NCBI GenBank assembly: GCA_963760795.1
Contig: CAVXEP010000019.1
Coordinates: 64,001-128,000, forward strand
Reading direction: 5' to 3'
From: an uncultured delta proteobacterium
GTDB lineage: Bacteria; Desulfobacterota; Binatia; UBA9968
Length of the DNA: 64,000 nucleotides
Shown: positions 29,214 to 39,536 of the stretch, piece after piece
How the letters are laid out: every line of letters starts with the position of its first letter
How positions within the stretch are numbered: position 1 is the stretch's first letter
The notes under the pieces: generated by a model
The model's input: only the letters and a program-made list of their open reading frames with translations
Told to the model about the DNA's origin: nothing
Databases searched by the model: none
Position numbers and translations under genes: made by a program

Positions 29214-30082
29214 ATGGCACGGGAAGAAAAGTCCTTGGTTCTCGGCGCCGAAGTCGGGGCGGTGGCGGACGAGCATCGGCGGCAACTCCGCGCCGGGCGC
29301 GGCGCAAAGAACATGGCGCTTCGTGGACCTTTCTTTTGCGCGGCGGGTCGATCCTGGCGATGATCGCCATCTGGTGGATCTTGACATTTTTCTTTCCGCC
29401 GAGTTTGATTCCGCTGCCGTCGGCGACTTTCTCCGAAGTGATTTCGATCGTTAGTACCGGCCAATTCTTTTCTGAGATGGGCGCAACCTTGCGCCGTGTC
29501 GGTGTCGGATTCGGCATCGCCATGATTGTCGCCATTCCCCTCGGCATCCTCATGGGCACAGTGAAGAACCTGGAAAGCTTCTTCGAGCCGCCGGTGATTC
29601 TCGGACTGACCATGCCGGGGTTGGTTTGGGCGGTGATGTCGATCATGTTTTTCGGCCTGTCGGAAACCAGCGCCTACGCCGCCGTGTCGGTGACGATCAT
29701 GCCCATGCTCGCCATCAGTTTATGGCAAGGCACCAAGTCCATCGACAAAGATTTGATCGACATGAGCACGGCGTTTCACGCGAGCGCTTGGTCGAAGATC
29801 GTCGATGTCATCTTGCCGCAGTTGATCTCGCATATCCTCGCGGCGATCCGTTACGGTTTGGGGTTGGCGTGGAAAGTGGTGGTGGTCGTCGAGATGTTCG
29901 GTTTTAGCAACGGCGTCGGTTACCAAGTCGTGCGCGGTTTCAACGTCTTTTCGATGAAGCAGGTGCTCGCCTGGGCGATTACCTTTTTGATCGTCATGAT
30001 CGTCATCGAGTTTGGCGTCATCGGCTGGCTCGAAGGCAGAGTGACACGCTGGCGGCCACGCATTGAGGCGTGGCGGCGGTAG
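29214..30082 (+). CDS. NitT/TauT-family ABC permease; probable frameshift near 29330
   Basis: TLRRVGVGF, SIDKDLIDMSTAF (EAA-loop equivalent) and AWKVVVVVEM motifs. Confidence 0.88.
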
Positions 30083-30090
30083 GAAGAAAT

Positions 30091-30221
30091 GTTCCAGTCG
30101 TTCAAACAGTTCAAGCCGTTCCAATCGGTTACGGAGGAAGCTTCGGAAGCGGTTATCGGTGGGAACCTCCGGGTCGGTTTGAACGGCTTGAACGGAACGC
30201 AGTGATTGAACGGTTTGAACG
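30091..30221. repeat. 9-mer GTTCAA/TTGAAC tandem palindrome within the operon
   Basis: GTTCCAGTC GTTCAAACA GTTCAAGCC GTTCCAATC ... TTGAACGGC TTGAACG ... TTGAACGGT TTGAACG. Confidence 0.8.
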
Positions 30222-30230
30222 AGCAACCCA

Positions 30231-31014
30231 ATGGCCTACGTTCACGTTGAAAATGCCGTTAAGTATTTCTCCCGCGAAGACGGCTCGGACATGCTCGTGC
30301 TCGACAAGGTCTCTTTCGACACCAAGGAATTCGGCATCACCTGTCTCTTGGGGCCGTCGGGCTGCGGCAAATCGACGCTTGCTCAACGCCATCTCCGGTC
30401 TCGAAAGACTCGACCAGGGCAAGATCGAAGTGATCGGCAACGGCAACACCGCGGCGCGCGGCGCGGCGCTGCTCGGCTACGTGTTTCAGGACGCGCGCTT
30501 GCTCAACTGGAAAAGCGTCGAGCAGAACCTGATCTTCGCCCTCAAGGGCATGGGCATCCCGCCGCCGCAGTGGCCGGAGCGCTTGAACAAGTATCTGAGC
30601 TTGGTCGGCTTGGCCGAGTTTCGCAATCAGTTTCCACTTTATCTTTCCGGCGGCATGCGCCAGCGCGTCGGCCTGGCGCGCGGCCTGGTGATCGAACCGG
30701 AAGTGCTGCTGATGGACGAGCCGTTCAGCAAGCTCGATCAACTGACGGCGCGCCGTCTGCGCGAAGAATCGTTGCAAATTTGCGCGCGCTTGAATCAGAC
30801 CACGGTGATGGTCACCCACGATGTCGAAGAGGCGGCTTACATGGGCGACCGTATCGTGATTCTGCGGGCGCGGCCGGCGCGCATCGTCGAAATTTTCGAG
30901 AATCCGATGGCGCCGGGCCAACGCGACATTGACGATGTCGCGTTTATCCGCTTCAAGAAGCAGTTGCTCCACACAGTTCTCGAACTTATGGAAAAGGATG
31001 AAACGCTGTCATGA
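30231..31014 (+). CDS. NitT/TauT-family ABC ATP-binding protein; frameshift near 30378
   Basis: Walker A GPSGCGKST; YVFQ; LSGGMRQR; LLMDEPF; VTHD. Confidence 0.92.
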
Positions 31015-31988
31015 AAAAGTTGCTCGAATTACTCACAGTGCTGGCGCTGACCCTTGGCTATTGCACTCAAGTCCGCGCCGCGGAGCTGCCGACCATCGAA
31101 GTGGGCCTTCCCGAAGACGGCATGTTCGGTTTGGGCGGCCAGTATCTGATCGACAAGGGGATCGATAAGAAGCATGGCTTCATCGTCAAGCCGCGCTGGG
31201 CGGCCGTCGCGGACGTGGAACGGCTGATGGCCATCGGCGCCATTTCGGTGGGCCTGGCGACCTCGGAGTCGGCGGTGCGGGCGAATTTGAATCAGATCGC
31301 CATCCGGCTCATCCAACCTTACCAGACGCCGCATAATTCGATCCTGGTCCGTCGTGATTCGCCCTACAAAGATCTAAAGGACTTAAAGGGTAAAGCGGTC
31401 GCCGTGCCGCCTGAAGTGACCTCGGCGTACAATAACTTCGACTATTTCATGCGCAAGCAAGGGATCGAGATCGAAAAGTTTTTCCAACTAAAAAAGTTGG
31501 GCGCCGCCGGCATCAGCACGACACTGGAGCGCGGCGACGTGGAAGCGGGCTACAGCTGGGAGGCCCATGTATCCAAACTTTTGACGACGGGAAAATATCG
31601 CGTGCTGGTGTCGCCGCGTGAAGAATTGAACCGGGTGTTGAACACCAAGGTCAAAATGCTCGGCTGGATCGGCGCGCTGGAGCCATGGACGGCGAAGAAC
31701 CAACCGATGGTGGCCCGGATCAGAGCGGCGTGGCAAGAATTGATCAAAGGCGTGCAAAACGATGAGGAACATTTCCGTAAGTATGCCAAGCGTTTCTTCG
31801 GTCTGGAAAGCCCCGAGGAATTGGCTCTTGGCTGGAAGCGCACCAGAGTTTTCTTTTTGCCGCCGGACTTCCCCTGGCCCGATAAGACCAATCTCGATAT
31901 CGAAAAACGTTATCTCAACGAAAGCACTGAAATGGGGATCTTTCCGAAGGAATCGCTAGGTGTGATCGAAACACTCTTCGTGCCGTAA
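31011..31988 (+). CDS. ABC substrate-binding protein
   Basis: Signal peptide; DLKDLKGKAVA; ATGA overlap with the ATPase gene. Confidence 0.88.
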   Translation: MKKLLELLTVLALTLGYCTQVRAAELPTIEVGLPEDGMFGLGGQYLIDKGIDKKHGFIVKPRWAAVADVERLMAIGAISVGLATSESAVRANLNQIAIRLIQPYQTPHNSILVRRDSPYKDLKDLKGKAVAVPPEVTSAYNNFDYFMRKQGIEIEKFFQLKKLGAAGISTTLERGDVEAGYSWEAHVSKLLTTGKYRVLVSPREELNRVLNTKVKMLGWIGALEPWTAKNQPMVARIRAAWQELIKGVQNDEEHFRKYAKRFFGLESPEELALGWKRTRVFFLPPDFPWPDKTNLDIEKRYLNESTEMGIFPKESLGVIETLFVP

Positions 31989-32003
31989 GCGCGCGCTGCG
32001 CGC

Positions 32004-32106
32004 GGTTCAAGGGTTCAAATGTTCAAGGTATTCGGATTCCGGAGGTTCGTACGGTGTGCGAAACTGGAACGAGCCGATTGAACCTTTGAACCTCGAACTT
32101 TTGAAA
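32004..32106. repeat. GTTCAA/TTGAAC tandem palindrome
   Basis: GGTTCAAGGGTTCAAATGTTCAAGG ... TTGAACCTTTGAACCTCGAACTTTTGAA. Confidence 0.75.
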
Positions 32107-32167
32107 CAAAAGGTGATCGCCGTAAAGAGAAGCTTCTCGGTTGCAACGTTTATCGGAGGCTAAGACA

Positions 32168-33235
32168 GTGCAAAAATTATTAATCGACGCTGACGGCCAT
32201 GTGATGGAGTACGACGAGCTGTGCGATTACATCGAAGAGCCTTATCGCAGCAAGGCGTCGACACGGACGTTAGCGCGGCCGTTTCCGTCGCTGGATTTTC
32301 ACCACCTCGGACTGAAGCCGACCAATCCTAAAGCGTTTGGCGGGCCCGGCAAAGTCGGTCCCAAGGAGTGGATCGAGTTCGCCGAATTGGCTGAATTTAA
32401 GTATGCCGTCCTCTATCCGACCAATGGACTTGCCTATGGCAACATCAGCAATCCGGACTGGGCGGTCGTCGTGGCGCGGGCCTATAACAATTGGCTCCAC
32501 GATCGATATATGAAAGCCAGCCCGAAGCTGAAAGGCATGGCCTTGATTCCGCTGCAGGATGTTTCCGAAGCGGTGACGGAACTGCGCCGTGCCGTCACCG
32601 AGTTAGGCATGGTGGGGGCCATGTTGCCGTCACGCGGTTTGCCGTTCGATCTTGGCCACCGCACTTACTGGCCGGTGTACGCCGAGGCGGAAAGGCTCGG
32701 TTGTGCGTTAGGCGTGCATGGCGGTTCCCATCACAGTTTGGGTCTCGATTCCTTCGAATCCTTCGTGCCGATTCATGGTCTCGGTCACCCGTTTCAACTG
32801 ATGATCGCGTTTACCGGCATGGTGTATCACGGTGTCTTCGATCAATTCCCCGCGCTACGCGTCGGCTTCATGGAAGGCGGCTCGGCGTGGGCGACATTCT
32901 GGGCCGATCGTCTGGATCGCTCGCATCATTATTTCGCCGAGTTCAATCCGCGCGGCGCTTATAAAGGTCCGGCGCAGGACAAGCGGCCCAGCGATTATGT
33001 AAGGCGCGATACCATTTTCATCGGCTGTGAGGGCAGTGAGGAGGGCCTCGCCTATCACGTCAATCGCGCCGGCCGGCAGCATTTTCTCTTCGCCAGCGAT
33101 TTCCCCCACGAGATCGGCCCGGAAGATGTTAAACATGAAATCGAAGAAGTCGACGAATGCGCCGGATTGTCGGAAGCGGACAAAGCCGCAATCCTCGGCG
33201 AGAACGCGCGGCGGTTTTATCGATTGGGCGAATAG
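32168..33235 (+). CDS. Amidohydrolase_2 family protein
   Basis: IDADGHV, ARAYNNWL, FMEGGSAW and FASDFPH motifs; GGAGG RBS. Confidence 0.9.
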   Translation: MQKLLIDADGHVMEYDELCDYIEEPYRSKASTRTLARPFPSLDFHHLGLKPTNPKAFGGPGKVGPKEWIEFAELAEFKYAVLYPTNGLAYGNISNPDWAVVVARAYNNWLHDRYMKASPKLKGMALIPLQDVSEAVTELRRAVTELGMVGAMLPSRGLPFDLGHRTYWPVYAEAERLGCALGVHGGSHHSLGLDSFESFVPIHGLGHPFQLMIAFTGMVYHGVFDQFPALRVGFMEGGSAWATFWADRLDRSHHYFAEFNPRGAYKGPAQDKRPSDYVRRDTIFIGCEGSEEGLAYHVNRAGRQHFLFASDFPHEIGPEDVKHEIEEVDECAGLSEADKAAILGENARRFYRLGE

Positions 33236-33360
33236 TAGGCGCGAGCCGTGAGGCTTGAGGCGCAGTTGAATTTGCATCGTGCAGTCCCGATCCGATCACC
33301 TTGAACTTTTGAACTCTTGAACCTTGAACAGCCGCAAGTCGGCTATGGAGCGAAGCGAAG

Positions 33361-34188
33361 ATGCCTTACGCACAAGCAGGCGATGTAAAACTGCACTACG
33401 AATCCTTCGGCAGCGGCGTGCCGTTTCTGTTTGTCTCCGGCACCGGTTGGCCGGGGGAGCCGTGGAAGTTGCAGCAGGTGCCGGCGTTCAGCGATCGTTA
33501 TCAGGTGATCGTGTACGATCATCGCGGTGTCGGCAAATCGGATGCGCCCAAGGGGCCGTACTCGACGCGGCAGTTCGCCCAGGACGCGATCCAGTTGCTT
33601 GACGCTATCGGCGTTAAAGAGCCGGCGCATATCATCGGCCACTCCATGGGCGGGCGGGTGTGCCAGTGGATGGCCATCGATCATCCGACGCGGGTGCGCA
33701 GTATGATCCAAGCGGCGTCCGGTTCGGGATCAATGGGACTGCCCGACTATCCGCGCGGGTTGACCGTGAATGCGACCGAGAGTTTGATCACGCGCGGCTA
33801 CAAAGAGCATATGTGGCATCACTTTCAGAGCAAGTTTTTTTTCCCGGAAGCGTTTGTCAAAGCCCATCCGGAGGTGCTGACCGAGCTATTCAAAACCTTT
33901 TGGGACAATGCGCCAAAGATCGAGCCTTACTTGGAGCATGTCATCGCGCGCAACCGCCATGAGACCGGCGAATACTTGTCAAAAATGAGCACACCGACGC
34001 TGTGTATCGTCGGCAGCGAGGACAAAGTCGACGCCGACACCGGCAACCATGTGGTCACGACGGAACACCTGCGCGACAACATCAAAGGCGCCGAGATGAA
34101 AGTCATCGACGGCTGCGGTCACGGCTTTTTCTGGCACAAGCCGGAGGAGACCAATCGGATAATCCGGGAATGGGTGGATCGACATTAA
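33361..34188 (+). CDS. Alpha/beta hydrolase
   Basis: YDHRGVGKS, GHSMGG nucleophile elbow and GCGHG motifs. Confidence 0.92.
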   Translation: MPYAQAGDVKLHYESFGSGVPFLFVSGTGWPGEPWKLQQVPAFSDRYQVIVYDHRGVGKSDAPKGPYSTRQFAQDAIQLLDAIGVKEPAHIIGHSMGGRVCQWMAIDHPTRVRSMIQAASGSGSMGLPDYPRGLTVNATESLITRGYKEHMWHHFQSKFFFPEAFVKAHPEVLTELFKTFWDNAPKIEPYLEHVIARNRHETGEYLSKMSTPTLCIVGSEDKVDADTGNHVVTTEHLRDNIKGAEMKVIDGCGHGFFWHKPEETNRIIREWVDRH

Positions 34189-34446
34189 GATTCGTTCGAG
34201 ACGAATGCGGAATGTGAACAGAATCGCGATTGCTTGCAATAACTTTTGAGCGGAATATTTTTGATTGTGCGGGCCGGTGTTTGAAAGTGGGAGTTATCCA
34301 AAGGCATTTTGGTGAGGTCAACGCCCAGCATCAGCTGCGGCGGTAGCGCCAGCAGCCGCCGCCCTGCGTCATCCAACACGGACTGAGGTATCTCGTTTAT
34401 AGAAACGTCAGTGCTCAATTGATTCTTCTTGATCGCTAATTACGCT

Positions 34447-35067
34447 CTAGCCGAGATCCAATACGAAGTCGAAGTTGGCGGTCTTGGCGCCGGCTGAGCC
34501 GCCGAGGGCGACGACGAGTTTGGCATTGAAGATGAAGTCTCTTTTGTTTTCCGGCTCGCCGGGAAAGTAGAGTTGAGTGGTGAGAGCCGGGCGATTGGGC
34601 GCCTGGACTCGCACGTGGAAATGACGCGTGCGTCCGGGATAGACGCCCGGCACGACGGTCTCGAGGCGGTATCTGCCGGCTCCGTCGGCAAACTGGTGGC
34701 CGCGCAGCCTGTAACCGGCGTTGTCGTACGCTCCGCTCCCGTCGGCTTGCCAAAAGTCAACGAGGGCCCCTTGAACCGGCTTGCACTTGGTCGAGCGCAC
34801 CGCGCCTTCAAGAATGATTTTGCTCCCTTGGATGCCCGGTTCAAGCAATGATTTTCGTTCCGGCGAGCGCGGCTTGTAGAAAGGTCCGGCGGTTTGCGGC
34901 GGTGTAATATCGTCGGTATCGGCGCAAGCCGGCGTTGGCTCCATCCCGGCCGTTGCCGCCACGGCATCCAGGCTATCCGCTAGCCGATTAAATAAGACGT
35001 CGGAGACGATTAAAGATGCGGTCAAAAATCCGCGCCGCGATATCGGGAAATCATTTGCCATCTTCAT
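34447..35067 (-). CDS. Intradiol ring-cleavage dioxygenase family protein with Tat-like signal
   Basis: SRRGFL; AGPFY, DFWQADGSGAYD, LRG and PGVYPGRTRHFH motifs. Confidence 0.88.
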   Translation of the reverse strand: MKMANDFPISRRGFLTASLIVSDVLFNRLADSLDAVAATAGMEPTPACADTDDITPPQTAGPFYKPRSPERKSLLEPGIQGSKIILEGAVRSTKCKPVQGALVDFWQADGSGAYDNAGYRLRGHQFADGAGRYRLETVVPGVYPGRTRHFHVRVQAPNRPALTTQLYFPGEPENKRDFIFNAKLVVALGGSAGAKTANFDFVLDLG

Positions 35068-35195
35068 AGGGTAAACTTTGCACGGCATTGCTTCCGAGGC
35101 AAGACCATTGGTAGTGGCGGATCCTTGGAGTTGACAGCACAGCCGATTCTTGACGATATGGTAGACTAAGACATTGCACTGATCCGGGGGACACC

Positions 35196-36662
35196 ATGTT
35201 CGACAGTTCAAAGATTCAGCCGCATATCGCTTTTACCGACCTGCGCGAGTGGATGGCCGAAGCCGATAAACTCGGTGAACTCAAAACCGTCCGCGGCGCG
35301 TCGTGGCAGGAGGAGATCGGGTTAGCCACGGATGTAGTCGTGCCGCCCGATGACGGGCCGGCGGTGATCTTTGACGATGTTCCCGGTTGCCCGCGGGGCT
35401 TTCGCGTGATCGTCAACGCGTTCGCCGGCAAGCGACGCGCCATGACTTTCGGTTTTCCCCAAGGCTTGACCAAGCAAGAGCTGAGTGACGCCTACTTCGC
35501 GCACTATCAGACCGACGCGAAGCATCTGGCGCCGGTGTTGGTCGACAACGGGCCGGTGTTCGAGAACATCGTCAAGAAAGACGACATCGATATCGAAAAA
35601 TTCCCGACGCCGGTGTGGCATCGCGACGACGGCGGCCGCTACATCGGCACCGGCTGTTATTCCGTGACCATGGACCCGGACGAGAAATGGATCAACGCCG
35701 GCTGCTACCGCGCGATGATTCAAGACAAGAAGTCGGTGAGCCTTTTAATGGTGCCCGGCAAGCATGGCTACATGCACCGGCAAAAATATTTCCGCAAAGG
35801 CGAGCGCATGCCGATCGCGCTGGTGCTGGGCGGCGATCCGCTGTTTTTCTTCATGGCCGGCACCGAACATCCCTACGGCGTGTGCGAGTACGACGTGGTC
35901 GGCGGCATGCGCCGCAAGCCGGTGGAAGTGGTGCGCGGCAAGATCACCGGTCTGCCGTTTCCGGCCAACTCGGAAATTGTTTTCGAAGGATTTCTCAATA
36001 ACGACAACCGCAAGTTCGAAGGGCCCTTCGGCGAGTGGACCGGCTACTACGCTTCGGACGAGAGCGCGCAGCCAGTGCTCGAAATCGAGGCGATCTATCA
36101 CCGCAACGATCCGATTATTCTCGGCGTGCCGCCGATCGGCGGCGGCTCGGACGAAATGGCGCGCTACCGCGCGATCATGCGCTCGGCGATGCTCAAGAAC
36201 GAACTGCGCAGCGCCGGCGTCCCCGATGTGACGCAAGTGTGGCCGCACGAGATCGGCGCATCGCGCATGCTGGTGGCGCTGGCGATCAAGCAGCGCTATC
36301 CCGGCCATGCCAAACAAGTGGCGACCCTGGCGTCGAGCTGCGGCTCCAGCGTCTACGGCTTGAAGATGGTCATCGTCGTCGACGACGATATCGATGTGTC
36401 CAATTTAGACCAGCTCATGTGGGCGACCTTGTCGCGCTACGATCCGGAAACTTCCGTCGAGATCGTCAAGCGCATGCGCAGCACGCCCGCCGATCCGCGC
36501 TTGACGCCGGACCAGCGCAAGATTCGCGACTTTACCAATTCGCGCATGATCATCGACGCCACCCGCCCCTTCGAGTGGGGCGACAAGTTCCCCAAGGTGA
36601 ACGCGCCGGGCCAGGAAGTGGTGCGCAAGGCGAGAGAGATGTTCGGCTATCTGCTGAAATGA
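35196..36662 (+). CDS. UbiD family decarboxylase
   Basis: DLREW, DGGRYIGT, EGPFGEWTGYY, VVDDDID and IIDATRP motifs. Confidence 0.93.
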   Translation: MFDSSKIQPHIAFTDLREWMAEADKLGELKTVRGASWQEEIGLATDVVVPPDDGPAVIFDDVPGCPRGFRVIVNAFAGKRRAMTFGFPQGLTKQELSDAYFAHYQTDAKHLAPVLVDNGPVFENIVKKDDIDIEKFPTPVWHRDDGGRYIGTGCYSVTMDPDEKWINAGCYRAMIQDKKSVSLLMVPGKHGYMHRQKYFRKGERMPIALVLGGDPLFFFMAGTEHPYGVCEYDVVGGMRRKPVEVVRGKITGLPFPANSEIVFEGFLNNDNRKFEGPFGEWTGYYASDESAQPVLEIEAIYHRNDPIILGVPPIGGGSDEMARYRAIMRSAMLKNELRSAGVPDVTQVWPHEIGASRMLVALAIKQRYPGHAKQVATLASSCGSSVYGLKMVIVVDDDIDVSNLDQLMWATLSRYDPETSVEIVKRMRSTPADPRLTPDQRKIRDFTNSRMIIDATRPFEWGDKFPKVNAPGQEVVRKAREMFGYLLK

Positions 36663-36683
36663 CCGTGAAATACTCGGATGATT

Positions 36684-36780
36684 AACCGCAAAGTACGCAA
36701 AGAAATCACATCCAAGGGACGGCTATCACCTGCGCTTAATCTGGTTTCCGGCTTTGCGTTCTGCTGCGTACTTTGCGGTT
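36684..36780. repeat. 9-mer-unit palindrome between convergent genes
   Basis: AACCGCAAAGTACGCAAAG ... CTTTGCGTTCTGCTGCGTACTTTGCGGTT. Confidence 0.75.
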
Positions 36781-36815
36781 GAAGGGGCAATCGGCGAATC
36801 GCCGTCACGAGTTCC

Positions 36816-37577
36816 TTACCACATCACCTGGCCGCCGTTGGGTTGGATCAACTGGCCGGTGATAAACGCCGCGCGGTCGCTGAGCAGGAAATCCACCACG
36901 GCGGCGACTTCCTCCGGTTGACCCAATCTTTTTATCGGTAAGCGGCCCTCGAATGTGCGCCGGGCGGTTTCGAACTCTTCTTGGGTGCGATTGGCGCGCA
37001 AGAGCGGCGTGTCGATGGGGCCGGGACCGATGGCGTTGACGCGAATATGCGGCGCGAATTCCAGCGCCAGCGATTTGGTCAACGAATAAAGCGCGGTCTT
37101 GGCGGCGCAGTAGTTGGCGGCATTGGCCACGCCAATTATGGCGAAATCCGAAGAGGTGATGACGATGGCGCCGGCTTGTCTCGGCACCATATGGCGCAGC
37201 ACCGCTTGGCAGAAATTGAAAGTCCCGGTGACATGGGTGTCGATGAGCAGCGACCACTGTGCCAGCGTCATGTCGGCGACCATGGCGCGGGCGTTGACGC
37301 CGGCGTTGCTGAACAGACAATCGATCTGGCCGTATTTCTCGATCACCTGGGCGATCCACGCGATTACTTGCGCTTGATCGCGCACGTCGACAACGCCGGT
37401 AAATACACTGCCTGCCTCGGCGCGAATTCGCTCGGCCGTGGCGTTGACCGCGTCGGCATTCAAATCGCAAATACAGACTCGATCGCCATTGCGCGCCAAC
37501 CGCAGTGCGGTCGCCTGTCCGATGCCGCTGCCGCCGCCGGTGATGACGGTGACGCGCGAATTGGCCGCGGCTACCAT
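36816..37577 (-). CDS. SDR family oxidoreductase
   Basis: TGGGSGIG, NAG, YCAAK and RVNAIGPG motifs. Confidence 0.93.
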   Translation of the reverse strand: MVAAANSRVTVITGGGSGIGQATALRLARNGDRVCICDLNADAVNATAERIRAEAGSVFTGVVDVRDQAQVIAWIAQVIEKYGQIDCLFSNAGVNARAMVADMTLAQWSLLIDTHVTGTFNFCQAVLRHMVPRQAGAIVITSSDFAIIGVANAANYCAAKTALYSLTKSLALEFAPHIRVNAIGPGPIDTPLLRANRTQEEFETARRTFEGRLPIKRLGQPEEVAAVVDFLLSDRAAFITGQLIQPNGGQVMW

Positions 37578-38293
37578 AGAGTCGACCCTCCGTTGACGCG
37601 CAGATCTTGGCCGACGATGTAGGAGCTGTCGTCGCTCAACAAAAACAGACAGGCTTCGACCATGTCCTGGACGTCGCCGATGCGGCCGAGCGGGATATGA
37701 TTCTTGCGCGACTGCATGTATTCGTCCGACACCACGGCGCGCGGCATCGCGGTATCGGTGATCACCGGCGAGATCGCGTTGACGCGGATGTTGTCGGCGG
37801 CGGCTTCGACGGCGAGGGCGCGGGCGAGGCCGAGTATGCCGCCTTTGGATGCCGCGTAGTGGGCGACATTTTTGCCGCCGGTGCGCGCGGCCATGGAGGA
37901 GAAGAGGACGATGCGGCCGAACTGGCGCGGGGTCATGTATTTCAACGCCGCGCGGCAGGAGAGAAACATGCCGGTTAAATTAATTTGCAGCGTTTGGCGC
38001 CAAGCGTCGAGACTGAGTTCGAGAAAGGGTTGCGGCCGGTAAATGCCGGCGCAGCAGATTAAATAATCGATGGCGCCATGCTCGGCGCCGATGGCGTCGA
38101 TTATTCGATTGACCGAAGCTTCATCGCCGACATCGACGGCATGGAAGCGCGTGTCGTCAGCGCCTGGATTGACATCGAGGACATGGACAACGGCGCCTTC
38201 GGCGGTTAAACGTATCGCGATCGCGCCGCCGATGCCGCCGCTGCCTCCGGTGATGACCGCGATGCGGCCGTGATGTTCATTAGCATTGGCCAT
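37571..38293 (-). CDS. SDR family oxidoreductase (FabG-like)
   Basis: TGGSGGIG, YAASK and RVNAISP motifs. Confidence 0.93.
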   Translation of the reverse strand: MANANEHHGRIAVITGGSGGIGGAIAIRLTAEGAVVHVLDVNPGADDTRFHAVDVGDEASVNRIIDAIGAEHGAIDYLICCAGIYRPQPFLELSLDAWRQTLQINLTGMFLSCRAALKYMTPRQFGRIVLFSSMAARTGGKNVAHYAASKGGILGLARALAVEAAADNIRVNAISPVITDTAMPRAVVSDEYMQSRKNHIPLGRIGDVQDMVEACLFLLSDDSSYIVGQDLRVNGGSTLW

Positions 38294-38327
38294 GGTGGTT
38301 TGCTCTTGCGATTGTCAGCATTCTATC

Positions 38328-38353
38328 AGGGCGGGTTTAAAACCCGCCCCTAC
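38328..38353 (-). repeat. GTAG-type REP
   Basis: AGGGCGGGTTTAAAACCCGCCCCTAC, reverse complement of the REP at 25589. Confidence 0.75.
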
Positions 38354-38384
38354 GGTTTTGCAGATTTTTATGCCGTCGAAATTG

Positions 38385-39416
38385 TCACCGGATTATTTCA
38401 GCAGTATGTCTTTGAGCTTTTCGCACCAGCGCTTTGTCGAGTTGATAAACCCGCGCTACGACTTTCTCCAACTCCTCTCCGCTGAGCGGGTTCATGTCGA
38501 GACGGGCGCGGCGCGCGTCGGCGATAAACTCCGGATCTTTGTAGGTGTCGGTTAGTCCTTTGCGCAGTAGCAGGACCCGATCTTTCGGGGTTTTGGGCGG
38601 CAATGCGTAGGGCCGGGCGATGGCGCTGTAGTCGAAGATGCCGGTCTGCACCAGTTTGCGATCATCGTCATTCTTGACGAAATCATGGATCGCCGGAACG
38701 TTGGGTAGTTCGGGATGGCGCTGGGGCAGTGTCTGCAGCAGCATGAGCACCGAACCGGATTCGATCTCTTTGCTCCAGCCCGATTTATACGACTCCCATG
38801 AATTGGTCACGCCGTGGAGTTCGCCGGCGGCCATCGCCAGGCGGATGTCGGCGGTGCCTTTGTAACCGGAGATCAGTTGAATCGGCACACCGACGGTGGC
38901 GCGCACGACTTTGGGGACATCGTCGGTGCCCGCGCCGGGGCCGACACCGCCAAATTTTAGCGTCGTCTTGGTCGCGAGCCATTGTTCGACGCTGGTGATG
39001 CCGGCGGCCTTGGTGACGCCGAGCACCAGCGAGTCCTGTGCCGGCACGCCCAGGTATTCGAATTTCTGTCCCTCGAACTCGATGCCCGGTTTGCCCATGA
39101 CCTGTTGCAGCATCAGGCCGCCGATGAAGTGGCCGATGGTGAGGCCGTCCGGCTTGGCGATCTTGTAGGTGTAATTGGCGGCGATCAAACTGCCGGCGCC
39201 GGTCATGTTTTCAACCACGAAGCTGGGATTGCCGGGAATATGCTTGCCCAGGTGGCGCGCGATGGTGCGCGTGTAGGTATCGTAGCCGCCGCCGGCCGAG
39301 CCGCCGACCAGGATGCGCACGGTCTTGCCTTTATAGAACGACTCCTGAGCAGCGGCCTGGACGGAGAACCACAGTCCCAGCGCGGCGGCAATCGTACACA
39401 AGGAAAATTTTCTCAT
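38385..39416 (-). CDS. Bug/TctC substrate-binding protein; probable indel in the last codons (alternative frame KLKDILLK*)
   Basis: GSAGGGYD, HIPGNP, ENMTGAGS and KPDGLTIG motifs; paralog of 26985-28001. Confidence 0.92.
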   Translation of the reverse strand: MRKFSLCTIAAALGLWFSVQAAAQESFYKGKTVRILVGGSAGGGYDTYTRTIARHLGKHIPGNPSFVVENMTGAGSLIAANYTYKIAKPDGLTIGHFIGGLMLQQVMGKPGIEFEGQKFEYLGVPAQDSLVLGVTKAAGITSVEQWLATKTTLKFGGVGPGAGTDDVPKVVRATVGVPIQLISGYKGTADIRLAMAAGELHGVTNSWESYKSGWSKEIESGSVLMLLQTLPQRHPELPNVPAIHDFVKNDDDRKLVQTGIFDYSAIARPYALPPKTPKDRVLLLRKGLTDTYKDPEFIADARRARLDMNPLSGEELEKVVARVYQLDKALVRKAQRHTAEIIR

Positions 39417-39536
39417 CGGCAAATCTCCCTTCCCCATTTACCTCAAGCGCTGGGCGATAGATAGCAAAAATTCACCGTGTTGCAACTTGAATCGCGATGC
39501 CATTGTGGACCATTATTTCGCCGGGAGGGGCTTCAC

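Noticed and set aside
30070-30378. N-terminus of ORF 30070-31014
   Set aside because: Translates the GTTCAA palindrome; the real ATPase starts at 30231 and frameshifts into this frame.
34185-34418. 77-aa minus-strand ORF
   Set aside because: No RBS or motif support; may be a remnant but cannot be assigned.
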